This document shows, piece by piece, positions 55,361 through 64,000 of a stretch of DNA of 64,000 bases (its first letter is position 1; each line of letters starts with the position of its first letter). The notes under the pieces were generated by a model. It was not told where the DNA came from. It ran no database searches and saw nothing but the letters and a program-made list of their open reading frames with translations. The DNA is from a virus: positions 46,438 through 110,437 of the IMG/VR virus record IMGVR_UViG_3300032323_001119, one strand, 5' to 3'. Both the position numbers and the translations under genes were made by a program.

Positions 55361-56175
55361 TATTTGTTTTCTCCCTTTATATTTGCAAGGTCGTCGTAGA
55401 GTGTCGGTACGCCATTTTCTAAGTACCTCATGTTTCTTGGGTCCTCATACTTTATTCTTTCTGCTTCCATTTGAGCCCACTTGTATGCACCAAATCTTTT
55501 TTGGCTTTCAAGCCACTCTTTTGTTCCATCAAATGGGATCATTACAAAATTTCTTACAAAGAACTTTTCATTTTTTTCAATGGTTTTTACGCCGTGGTAA
55601 TATGGTTCTACTGATGGGAATACTAAAATATCTCCAGAAACTGGCTTATGATTAATAAGCTTTCCATCAACATAAAACTCTATGTCTCCACCATCATAAT
55701 CATCATTTATATACATGGTGCATGTTATAAAAAATTTATCTCCAGGCATATCTTTTTGAGAAGTTATATGGTCTGTGTGATATTGCATTGTCATGTTGTT
55801 GTCTAATGTATTAATCTGAGGATTATATTTTGAATAAGAGCATCCACTAAATCTCCATCCATCTGGCAACTCTATTCCATGCCTATCAACATAGTCCATC
55901 AAAACTTTAGTGTATGCGTCTTCTACTTCATCTACAAAGTTTTTTTCTTTAATAAACATTTCTTCAGACTCTTGGCCCGCTACTATTTCTTGAGGATTCT
56001 TTTTTTGAGTATAGGTACCAAAATGTGCCCATGGATCCCAAGTTTTTAAAAAATGCTTGCCTTCTGAAGTTCTTTCAGATTCTTTCATGACCTCATACAT
56101 TTTTTGTGGGTCAGCAAGAACATCTCTGTAAATTTCTACCTTTGGATAAATCTCTATATAGTTTAGCTTGCTCAT
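55360..56175 (-). CDS. 2OG-Fe(II) oxygenase, prolyl-hydroxylase-like
   Basis: YHTD, YINDDYDGG, FPS..YYHGVK....KF. Confidence 0.9.
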   Translation of the reverse strand: MSKLNYIEIYPKVEIYRDVLADPQKMYEVMKESERTSEGKHFLKTWDPWAHFGTYTQKKNPQEIVAGQESEEMFIKEKNFVDEVEDAYTKVLMDYVDRHGIELPDGWRFSGCSYSKYNPQINTLDNNMTMQYHTDHITSQKDMPGDKFFITCTMYINDDYDGGDIEFYVDGKLINHKPVSGDILVFPSVEPYYHGVKTIEKNEKFFVRNFVMIPFDGTKEWLESQKRFGAYKWAQMEAERIKYEDPRNMRYLENGVPTLYDDLANIKGENK

Positions 56176-56846
56176 GGTTGTCTTTCTCCTGTGTGCTTAG
56201 ATATCGTCCAAAAGAATGGAGATGTAAATCGATTTCCAGATTTTACTGGTCTTACCCCGTGTGTATAATGCATGTCACCTGGGAAAAAATATGCCGCTCC
56301 AGCTACTGGCTGAAACTCAATTCCATGTTGAGGAAAATAAAGTTCTCCGCCCTCATAGTCATCGTTAAAATAAAAAAGTCCAGCTAAGTCGTACCAGGGA
56401 AAGTCGTTTGGCCTTCCCTTTTCTGGTCCAGAATGAAACTCTTTGTCTGCATGAGGTTCTTGTCTTGCTCCAATTGGCCACTTAACAATTGCTGGACCAG
56501 TTTCTTTTGCGTCAACATCAAAAAACTTATCTACCTCGATTTTTAGCCTGTCAATCATGCTATAAATAAGATCTAGTATTGTTGGGTCTGACTCTCTTAA
56601 AGAATTGATGGTGCAAACTCTGTCTTCCCATACCTTGTGGTCATACAAAACAAGTCCGTCTTCATCTACGTGTGTTTCTGTTATATCCCAAATTTTGTTC
56701 GATAATGCAAAATCCATTAGACGCTTTCTTTCTTCTAATGAAAGAAAATCTTTAATCTCAACTATGTTATCTATAGAATTGCCAAAAAAACCAGAAGGTG
56801 TAATAGATACTGGTCTGTCGTTATTCCATGCATTCTGTGTTTTCAT
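56172..56846 (-). CDS. 2OG-Fe(II) oxygenase, prolyl-hydroxylase-like
   Basis: PHAD, YFNDDYEGGELYF, HGVRPVKSGNRF. Confidence 0.9.
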   Translation of the reverse strand: MKTQNAWNNDRPVSITPSGFFGNSIDNIVEIKDFLSLEERKRLMDFALSNKIWDITETHVDEDGLVLYDHKVWEDRVCTINSLRESDPTILDLIYSMIDRLKIEVDKFFDVDAKETGPAIVKWPIGARQEPHADKEFHSGPEKGRPNDFPWYDLAGLFYFNDDYEGGELYFPQHGIEFQPVAGAAYFFPGDMHYTHGVRPVKSGNRFTSPFFWTISKHTGERQP

Positions 56847-56880
56847 TTATTCCACTTCCTCTATAATTAATTTTACCACA

Positions 56881-57591
56881 CTATTTTTTGTCTTTTATGG
56901 GATTTACCGATAGCCTTAGTGCCTTTACCTGATGCTTGCCTATAGAATTTTTTAAATGGTCAACTGCATCTCTATAAAAATTTGACCAGGTGCCTGATCT
57001 ATTTAAGTCGTATATTATCTCAGAATACTTGTCTGAATCAAACTGGGATTCTGGAAGATTTTGCATTGGCTCAAAGTTAATTTCTGACCCCTGAAGATCT
57101 TCTAAATTTATTGGAAGTATCGTTATAATTGGTGTTCCAGCCTTTATTGTTATAACTTCATTAGGCTTTGTAATCATCCATGCTACTGGCAACTCTCCTC
57201 TAAAAAAAGAAGTGCTAATTAAAGTAGTAAAAGGAACTGCACCATCAACAAACAAATTAGGAACTGGCATAGAAAGCATTGTTATGTTTTCTTCAGTTTT
57301 AAACATTAAACCAGTATTAAAACTAATCGTACCATTTGCTCTTCCTGAGTAAGCATACTTTTCTCCAGATAAAATCTTTACGTGATCTGGGCTAGCATCG
57401 CTTATTCCGTCCCATATAAAAGATATGTCTTCTGGGAATGAGATTGACCATCCAAGTTGATTAGTTAGTCCAACTGGGAAACACTTATACGCATGAGCCT
57501 CCCAAGTGTCGTCCATCCATTTTCTTTTTATAGATAAAGGCTCGACTATGCCATAGCCATCTCTTATCTCAAAAGCTTTTATATCATACAT
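56881..57591 (-). CDS. DUF6065-like protein
   Basis: KRKWMDDT...AYKCFPVGLTNQLGW...WDG...TGLMFKT, matching the family pattern as I recall it. Confidence 0.65.
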   Translation of the reverse strand: MYDIKAFEIRDGYGIVEPLSIKRKWMDDTWEAHAYKCFPVGLTNQLGWSISFPEDISFIWDGISDASPDHVKILSGEKYAYSGRANGTISFNTGLMFKTEENITMLSMPVPNLFVDGAVPFTTLISTSFFRGELPVAWMITKPNEVITIKAGTPIITILPINLEDLQGSEINFEPMQNLPESQFDSDKYSEIIYDLNRSGTWSNFYRDAVDHLKNSIGKHQVKALRLSVNPIKDKK

Positions 57592-58297
57592 ATGAATTTT
57601 TACCAGACTTGGCGTCTTCCTCTACCCATTTAGATCTCATTTCCATAAACTCTTGTCTATGGGCATGATCATTATAGTCTAGCATCGTAACAATTGAAAA
57701 TTTCATTCCAGATTTTACTGGCATTGCTCTATGAGAAAAAAGATATGTGGATGGAAATATGTATAGGTCACCAGCTTTTGGCTTTATGTCTAGGCCAATT
57801 TTTGGAAAATATAAGTTGCCGCCTTCATAATCATCGTTTACATAAGCAACAAGTGAGACGGTGGCGCTATATGAAAATCCATGATCTGCATGTTCTTGGA
57901 AGTGTTGCCCTTCTCCATATCGAATGCAATTCATAACTTCCCAGTAATTCATCTTAACATTAAATTTTGCACAATAATCTTGTACTGCTAAATCTTGAGA
58001 ATATTTAAGGTCTTTCCATAGTTCGGAAACAAGCTTTTCTGTTTCTGTTCTTGGATTAGGAATATCTCCTACCTTTATATCTTCGCAATCTCTATAGTCT
58101 GGTCTTTTTTCACTATAACCTACAAAGCCAAATGTCCATAGAAATCTAGAATCATTGTCTTTTATAGCAGACTCCCCTATTTGATTGAGTCTTTCGATTA
58201 CATTTAGTTCTTTTTTAATTACGTCTCTGTAAACCCATACCCCTGGAAAAAGCTCTTCTTTTGAAGAAAATTTAAATTTATCTATAATGTTATTCAT
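57584..58297 (-). CDS. 2OG-Fe(II) oxygenase, prolyl-4-hydroxylase-like
   Basis: RYGEGQHFQEHAD, YVNDDYEGG, FPS..HRAMPVKSGMKF. Confidence 0.9.
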   Translation of the reverse strand: MNNIIDKFKFSSKEELFPGVWVYRDVIKKELNVIERLNQIGESAIKDNDSRFLWTFGFVGYSEKRPDYRDCEDIKVGDIPNPRTETEKLVSELWKDLKYSQDLAVQDYCAKFNVKMNYWEVMNCIRYGEGQHFQEHADHGFSYSATVSLVAYVNDDYEGGNLYFPKIGLDIKPKAGDLYIFPSTYLFSHRAMPVKSGMKFSIVTMLDYNDHAHRQEFMEMRSKWVEEDAKSGKNSYV

Positions 58298-58304
58298 GAT
58301 ATTT

Positions 58305-58334
58305 ATTGTACCATTTACAAATTCACATTGTCAA
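58305..58334 (-). promoter_or_regulatory. Leaderless promoter for the oxygenase cluster
   Basis: TTGACA-18-TACAAT (TGG extension)-7 nt-ATG. Confidence 0.7.
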
Positions 58335-58339
58335 TAAGA

Positions 58340-58366
58340 AAGAGGGGGCAGATGCTGCCCCCTCTT
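58340..58366 (-). terminator. Intrinsic terminator after the FN3-Hint gene
   Basis: AAGAGGGGGCAG-ATG-CTGCCCCCTCTT followed by a T-rich tract on the minus strand. Confidence 0.75.
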
Positions 58367-58382
58367 ATGTACTAATTTAAAA

Positions 58383-59705
58383 TTAGTTTCTTATTATAAA
58401 CGACTCTCCTAGTACCAAAACATCTGGGTCTGTGTAGAATCGGTATACTGTAGATGGTTCGTTTACTTCATCAACTGAATTTACCTCTAAATACTGAGAT
58501 TCTTCATCTGATGCGTAGACAATCTTGTCTCCAGCCTTTATGTCTGCTGGTGTCATAAACTTATAAACACCATCTCTTAAGACTATAAGTTCTTCTTGAA
58601 GAGAGAATCTTGCAGAGCTGTCTCCATTAAACATAAATGTTTTATTCTGAAGTGTAGATTGGATAGAGAATATCTCTGCCTCAATACTTTTAGCCTTTCC
58701 AAGATTTGAAGATGTCCAAGTCTTTGGATCATAGTCACCCTCGTTTGGAAGTCCCTCAAATATTAAGCTTGACAAAATATCTCCGAGCTTTATATCCTTG
58801 GCCTTTTTGTATCCACTTGTAGTTAGAATTAAAGTATCTTCGTTGATACATCCAAATCTAGGTGGTGAAAAGAAGCCAGGTGGGAAGAACGGTGGTGCGA
58901 AGAAGAACGGTGGGAAGAATGGTGGGGCGAAGAAGTTAGGTGGGAAGAATGGTGGGAAGAATGGTGGTGCGAAGAAGCTAGGTGGGAAGAATGGTGGGGC
59001 GAAGAAGTTAGGTGGGAAGAATGGTGGTGCGAAGAATCCTGGTGGGAAGAACGGTGGGAAGAATGGTGGGAAGAACGGTGGGAAGAACGGTGGAAAGAAT
59101 GGTGGGAAGAATGGTGCCTGAGTAGTAACTTCATTAGTGTTATTAGAAGCTGCAGACCGTCCGTTTGCATTATCTGCGTAAACGTTGTAATACTGTGATG
59201 TATTAGCTGAATCGCTAATTGTAACAGAATTACCTGTTGTGTTTCCACTTGTTCCATCGTTACCAGCTACATAGTAGTTGGTAATGGCTTTTCCTCCATT
59301 TGCTGGAGTTTGCCACTGAATTGTATTTTGATTTACTCCAGCAGTTGCCGTAGCACTTATTGGTGCTTGAGGTACTGTTGTGGCTGTAAAAGCAGCTGAT
59401 GTTGCAGCTGGAGAATTTCCTACGGCATTTTTTGCAACTACTGTTACTGTATATGAAGTATTTGACAAAAGACCAGTGATAGTTGCACTAGTAGTAGATA
59501 CATTTGTTGTAGTTGTTGATGGTGTAGTTGTTATATCATAGCTTGTAGCAGCTGGTGAGTCTGCTGGCAATGTCCAGGAAACTGAGGCTGCTCCATTGTT
59601 ATATGGACGATTAGTGCCTACATCAGATGCGGAAAGTCCTGTTACTTCTTTTGGCTCTAAAAAGTTATCTTGAGCTGATGCTCTTCTACCTATATTTTTT
59701 GACAT
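58383..59705 (-). CDS. FN3-FN3-(FFPP)n repeat-Hint domain protein
   Basis: Two FN3 repeats (VSWTLP..Y..TGL..YTVTVVAKNAVG; WQTPANGGKAITNYYV); 85-aa Pro/Phe repeat; Hint block A G-CINEDTLILT..GYKKAKDIKLGD at Cys286; ends VYRF...IIRN-stop. Confidence 0.8.
   Translation of the reverse strand: MSKNIGRRASAQDNFLEPKEVTGLSASDVGTNRPYNNGAASVSWTLPADSPAATSYDITTTPSTTTTNVSTTSATITGLLSNTSYTVTVVAKNAVGNSPAATSAAFTATTVPQAPISATATAGVNQNTIQWQTPANGGKAITNYYVAGNDGTSGNTTGNSVTISDSANTSQYYNVYADNANGRSAASNNTNEVTTQAPFFPPFFPPFFPPFFPPFFPPFFPPGFFAPPFFPPNFFAPPFFPPSFFAPPFFPPFFPPNFFAPPFFPPFFFAPPFFPPGFFSPPRFGCINEDTLILTTSGYKKAKDIKLGDILSSLIFEGLPNEGDYDPKTWTSSNLGKAKSIEAEIFSIQSTLQNKTFMFNGDSSARFSLQEELIVLRDGVYKFMTPADIKAGDKIVYASDEESQYLEVNSVDEVNEPSTVYRFYTDPDVLVLGESFIIRN
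58860..59114. repeat. Coding tandem repeat of 12-nt (FFPP) and 18-nt (xFFAPP) units
   Basis: ggtgggaagaaY units on the plus strand. Confidence 0.95.
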
Positions 59706-59723
59706 TTTATATCCTCTTTCCTA

Positions 59724-62399
59724 TTATGCCTTTAGATCTCCAGCTAACAACCAAGTTGTTGCTGCAACCTTAGTGGCTGTTACTGATGAAGCTGTTGTTC
59801 TTAATGTTGACCCAGGAGTTGAAAGAATTGTTATTCCAGATCCTGTTATATTTGCACCAGTACCTGATGACTGGTAGAAGCTGATTGAAGAACCGATTGC
59901 ATATTTAGCGTTTCCTGTTGCTTCAAAGCTTATGTTTACTGCACCAGCTAGCGGTACCAAGGAATCTCTTACTTGAGCATCTGTTCCTAGTGCATCAAGT
60001 GTTGTATTTGATGACCGTTCTGTTGCTATGGTTGTAAGTGATGGAACACCAGCCCGTGTCTGAGTTTTATCAGAGAAAACAATTCCTGCTGCAACCAAGT
60101 TATTAAGCTCAAGGTTATCAAGAGATCCTTGTGCAAAGTTGACTGTGGTTGTTGGTTCTGATGTTACACCTTTAAAGAGCTTCCATTCATCATCAGATAC
60201 GTCTCTTACAAGACCTGAGTGCTTTGCTGCTCCATCATTGTAAGCAACAACAAGACCTAGGTCTACTGTGTTGCCTGGATTTTGATGAGACAGCTGAAGT
60301 ATATTATCTTCAATTGTAATAGATGTTGCAGAAGCATTAAATGTTGTACCATTTACAGTAAGGTCTCCCTGAACTGTTAAAGCTCCATCTAATGTTGTAG
60401 ATTGAGAATCTGTTTTAACCAACTTGGATGTATCTGCGATTCCATGTACATCTGTTGTGTCTGCAGAGTGTGTAGAAATTGCAGATGCAGATGCTGTTGC
60501 TGCTGCTGAAATTGCTGCAGTCTGAGCTGCGTCAGACTTTGTAGTTGCATCTGTTGCTGCTGCATTAATTGCTTCGGTTTTTGCTGTAGCAACATTTGCT
60601 GTAGTTGCAAGCAATGATGTATCTGCAATTCCGTGAACATTTGTTGTATCTAAAGCATGATCATTTAGTGCTGTTTCAGCTGCTGCTATTTGTGACTGTA
60701 CAGAAGATGTTATTCCGTCAAGGTATCCTATTTCTGTTGCAGAAAGATTTCCAATTGATGTTGTGCTTGGCAAAACTACTGTTCCTGTAAATGTTGGACT
60801 ATCTTTGCTAGCTAAAAGATCTAGGTCTGATTCAAGATTAGCAATTTTTGACTGGCTAATATTCGCATCAGACTTTACATTAGCGTCTGAAATTGAATTT
60901 GATGCAAGCTTGTCTGCGTTGACAGAGCCATTTGCAATTTTATTTGAATTAACTGAACCATTTTCAATCTTGTCAGATGTTACTGAGTTATTTGATAGGT
61001 GTCCTGCAAGGATAGACCCATCTTCAATTTTACTTGAAGTAACTGAGCCATTTGCAATTTTATCAGATGTTATTGCAGAAGAAACTAATTTTTCAGATGT
61101 TATAGAGTTGTCAGATATTTTGCTGGTGGTAATTGAGCTATCTGCAATTTTACCCTCTGTAACAGCAGCTGAAGCAATTTTATTTTCTGTAACAGCTGCA
61201 TTGTTAATTTTATTTTCTGTAATATTTGAATCTAAAATTTTTGCAGTTGTAATTGCATCATCTGCAATTTTTTCTGTTGTTACTGCTTCATCAATTATTT
61301 TATCAGTAGTTACTGCATCGTCTGCAATTTTCGCTGCTGATATTGAGTTGTTTGCTAAATGATTTACAAGAACAGCTTCGTCTGCAATATTTTGAGAAAT
61401 AATAGATGAATTTGGAAGAGTTACTGCCCCAGTTAATGTTGGGTTGTTTATTTCTGCTTCGCTTGCTTCAAATCTTCCAACTTGAAGTGCATCTAGTGAA
61501 CCTTGGGCAAAGTTAACTGTAGTGGTAGGCTCATCAATAACATCTTTAAACAGCTTCCACTTATCTTCTGATGCGTCACGCACAAATCCAGTGTGATTAA
61601 ATACTCCAGTGTTATGTCCAGCAACAAATCCTAGGTCAAGCATTCCTGACTGATTTGTATTTGCCATCAATAACAAAGTATCTTCAATTGCAAAGTTTTC
61701 TGTGTTAATTGTTGTCATTGTACCGTTTACCGCAAGGTTTCCAGTAACAGTAACGTTATTTGCACTTAAGTTTCCAGTTGTTGCAATGTCTGCTGTAAAT
61801 GATCCTAATGGAAGCTCTGACTGCAAAATCTTAGAATTAGAGTCTAGTGATGCTACTCCGCCTGCTGCCCCTCTTTCTCCTACTTCAAGATAACCAGACA
61901 AAGAGTTATTTACTGAGTTTATTGCTGTGTCTGTATAATCTTCTGCAGCCAATAAAGCGTCATTTGCTTTTGTAGAAGCATCTGTTGCAGCTGCAGCGAT
62001 AGCAGCTGATTGTGCTGCTCCAGCTTTTGCGGTTGCATCTATGGCAGCTGCAGCGATAGCAGCTGATTGTGCTGCAGTAGAAGAAGATATCGCAAATTCT
62101 TTTGTTGAAACCACATCTGTGTCAACAGTTATAGTGATTGTGTTTGCGCCATCGTTATAAGTCTTTGTTAAACCCGCTCCTAATGAAAGGGCGTTATTAA
62201 TAGCGTCTTGGGAAATTTCACCAATTGCTACATCTGAATTGTTGGCATATGGGAGGGCTGTCCAAGTAGCGGTTCCGTTACCAAATTTAAATAAATTAGT
62301 GTTTGTTTCAACACCCATTTCACCTGCTGCCAAAATTGGATTTGCTGTAGTCCATTCTGAAGCTAAACCTCTGCGTACTTGAATTCTTACTGTTGACAT
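59724..62399 (-). CDS. Fibre protein with an Mtd-N/hyaluronidase-type N-terminus and decapeptide repeats
   Basis: RIQVRRG.ASEW..ANPILAAGEMGVET..FKFGNG; about 16 (V/I)TxxKIxxxS/A repeats; duplicated RDxSxDxWKLFK module. Confidence 0.8.
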   Translation of the reverse strand: MSTVRIQVRRGLASEWTTANPILAAGEMGVETNTNLFKFGNGTATWTALPYANNSDVAIGEISQDAINNALSLGAGLTKTYNDGANTITITVDTDVVSTKEFAISSSTAAQSAAIAAAAIDATAKAGAAQSAAIAAAATDASTKANDALLAAEDYTDTAINSVNNSLSGYLEVGERGAAGGVASLDSNSKILQSELPLGSFTADIATTGNLSANNVTVTGNLAVNGTMTTINTENFAIEDTLLLMANTNQSGMLDLGFVAGHNTGVFNHTGFVRDASEDKWKLFKDVIDEPTTTVNFAQGSLDALQVGRFEASEAEINNPTLTGAVTLPNSSIISQNIADEAVLVNHLANNSISAAKIADDAVTTDKIIDEAVTTEKIADDAITTAKILDSNITENKINNAAVTENKIASAAVTEGKIADSSITTSKISDNSITSEKLVSSAITSDKIANGSVTSSKIEDGSILAGHLSNNSVTSDKIENGSVNSNKIANGSVNADKLASNSISDANVKSDANISQSKIANLESDLDLLASKDSPTFTGTVVLPSTTSIGNLSATEIGYLDGITSSVQSQIAAAETALNDHALDTTNVHGIADTSLLATTANVATAKTEAINAAATDATTKSDAAQTAAISAAATASASAISTHSADTTDVHGIADTSKLVKTDSQSTTLDGALTVQGDLTVNGTTFNASATSITIEDNILQLSHQNPGNTVDLGLVVAYNDGAAKHSGLVRDVSDDEWKLFKGVTSEPTTTVNFAQGSLDNLELNNLVAAGIVFSDKTQTRAGVPSLTTIATERSSNTTLDALGTDAQVRDSLVPLAGAVNISFEATGNAKYAIGSSISFYQSSGTGANITGSGITILSTPGSTLRTTASSVTATKVAATTWLLAGDLKA

Positions 62400-62460
62400 T
62401 ATGCCACCCCTTTAATTTGATATATTGAAATTATAGCATTAAACTGATTATTGATAAGCG

Positions 62461-62823
62461 TCATGCTACTAACGCTCCTGAGTCAAAAGTCATACCGAAT
62501 TCAGTTGTTGATGGGTCTCCACCAGAAACGAATTTACTTGTTCCTGTTGGGGTAACTCCATTTGCCTGAATTATATATGTTGGCTGGCCATTGTAGTCAA
62601 TTGCCAATCCGACATCCATGAATGAGAGCATTAGTGCCTCATTAGGAATTTCTGAGTATAAAGCTATAGGCTGCCAAGTTCCATCAATCTGAACCTGTAG
62701 CCTATTTGTTTGTGTATCAAAAGATATTGGGGCTGTACCTAAAACTATATCTGTGCCAAATGTCGCTGTACCAGCTACATCTAACCCATTCTTTACTTTA
62801 AAATTCTTATCGTTTGTTGCCAC
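62461..62823 (-). CDS. Small virion/fibre-associated protein
   Basis: N-terminal DKNFKVKNGL motif typical of phage fibre subunits. Confidence 0.6.
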   Translation of the reverse strand: MATNDKNFKVKNGLDVAGTATFGTDIVLGTAPISFDTQTNRLQVQIDGTWQPIALYSEIPNEALMLSFMDVGLAIDYNGQPTYIIQANGVTPTGTSKFVSGGDPSTTEFGMTFDSGALVA

Positions 62824-62847
62824 TTAAGTTCACATATCCCCTAATTG

Positions 62848-62884
62848 TTTTGGTGGGGGATTTTTAAGGAATCCCCCAAAACCT
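62848..62884. terminator. Intrinsic terminator
   Basis: GGGGGATT-TTTAAGG-AATCCCCC flanked by T/A tracts. Confidence 0.65.
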
Positions 62885-62892
62885 TTATTTAA

Positions 62893-63999
62893 TTATTTAA
62901 GAAGTGTTCCAGTTACTTTAACTGTTGAGCCATTTGTTGGGTTAACTGTTATTGCAACATTTGAACCTATAACAGCTGCAGAGATTGTGCCTCTTGAGCC
63001 ATTTGTTCCAACGATTGCATATTCTGTAATTGCAATCTGGTCTGCTGAATCTAGTGTTAATAAGATTTCTGATATTTCATTGTGTGTTCCGTTATCAACC
63101 TTGACAAGGAACTTACCTGAGCGGTAATCCGCCTTTGGCCATGAATATACAGTTGATGCAGATCCTACTGCTATAGTAGATGTTGCTGCAATCTGCTTAG
63201 CCTCATCATTTACGTTAATTTCTGTAAATGCTGTTGTTGCATCTAGAACATTGTTAAGTGCTGCTTGAGCTGTTGCTTCTGCATCTGATTGTGCATCTGC
63301 TGCTGCTGAGTCTACATCACCTATTGTTGCAATCTTTGTATCTGAATCTGGTGTGCCAAGGTAAGCGTTGCTTGAGTTTGGAGCAATAACTACGTTATTG
63401 AATAGTGATCCAAGAACTAAATCTCCTGCTTTAGCTACGACATTAAGGGCGTGGCTTACTGGCTGAACTCCGATTTCTGCTTCATCAGCAAGTGTGTTGG
63501 ACTCTGTAAACTTAAGACCATCAACAATTGTCTTGCTTGAGAGGTTTTGGATATCTGTAGTTCCAACTACATCTCCGTATACACCGTGTGCAGATGAGTC
63601 ATTGATGTGGTCTGTTAGGTCATCTGCTACTGCTGCTGCTGCACCTGCTACATCATATGATGCTGCTGTTGCAAGATTGGCTGCGAAGTTAAAGTCTGAT
63701 ATGTCTTGTGAATTAAGACCAGTTACAGAGATTATGTCATCTGTAATATCAATGTTTGCGCCTGGTGTTAATGTATTTTGCTTTCCTGCTGCAATACCCT
63801 GAAGATCAGAGATAATATCTGGATTATCCTGAAGTGCTTCAGCCAACTCATTAAGAGTGTCAAGAACTGCTGGTGCACCATTAACAAGTGCTGCTACTGC
63901 ATCATCTGCGTGATCCTTTGCTCTTTCTTCTGCAAGACCAATCTCTGTACTTGTCTTGTATGATGACCAAGTTGTTGTTGATGTTGTTTGAGAATCTTG
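62893..63999 (-). CDS. Tail-fibre-like structural protein, 5' end outside window
   Basis: Frame is open to the window edge: LVNGAPAVLDTLNELAEALQDNP motif; C-terminal YRSGKFLVK..EILL..TEYA domain. Confidence 0.75.
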   Translation of the reverse strand, partial: QDSQTTSTTTWSSYKTSTEIGLAEERAKDHADDAVAALVNGAPAVLDTLNELAEALQDNPDIISDLQGIAAGKQNTLTPGANIDITDDIISVTGLNSQDISDFNFAANLATAASYDVAGAAAAVADDLTDHINDSSAHGVYGDVVGTTDIQNLSSKTIVDGLKFTESNTLADEAEIGVQPVSHALNVVAKAGDLVLGSLFNNVVIAPNSSNAYLGTPDSDTKIATIGDVDSAAADAQSDAEATAQAALNNVLDATTAFTEINVNDEAKQIAATSTIAVGSASTVYSWPKADYRSGKFLVKVDNGTHNEISEILLTLDSADQIAITEYAIVGTNGSRGTISAAVIGSNVAITVNPTNGSTVKVTGTLLK

Positions 64000-64000
64000 A

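Noticed and set aside
58860-59114. Possible CRISPR array or DGR repeat
   Set aside because: Units are 12-18 nt, contiguous and coding, with no unique spacers. No reverse transcriptase gene is present in the window.
58798-59257. His/Ser-rich ORF (HHSS repeats, minus strand) and GGKN-repeat ORF (plus strand)
   Set aside because: Frame shadows of the FFPP repeat. Variation falls at third codon positions of the FFPP frame, which is continuous with the FN3 and Hint domains.
1-64000. Stop-codon reassignment or prophage features
   Set aside because: Genes are full length under the standard code and use all three stop codons. No integrase, att site or host genes are visible.

Overview
A 64 kb segment of a large, AT-rich tailed dsDNA bacteriophage with siphovirus-type tail genes. 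Every credible gene is on the minus strand, so transcription runs from right to left. In that order the window contains: (1) fibre/decoration genes; (2) an FN3-(FFPP)n-Hint protein followed by five prolyl-hydroxylase-like 2OG-Fe(II) oxygenases, a DUF6065-like gene and a collagen/S74 fibre; (3) portal, protease/scaffold, major capsid, head-tail, tail tube, frameshifted tail chaperones, a 2953-aa modular tape measure protein and tail tip/fibre genes; (4) a replication/recombination module (DnaB, primase, SSB, DnaE, RecA, Cas4-like nuclease, RuvC) with two more oxygenases inserted; (5) terminase, two tRNAs, a CHAP lysin, IMPDH/GMP reductase, nuclease, Hsp20 with a ROSE-like 5' UTR, a JmjC hydroxylase and a large secreted PA14/coiled-coil protein. 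Gene content, gene order and many leaderless promoters suggest an actinobacterial host, possibly a low-GC freshwater lineage; this is inference. The best candidate for an undescribed system is the Pro/Phe-repeat Hint protein plus hydroxylase cluster. Second is the tape measure protein carrying kinase-like and nuclease-like modules. All calls come from reading motifs by eye; no database searches were run.
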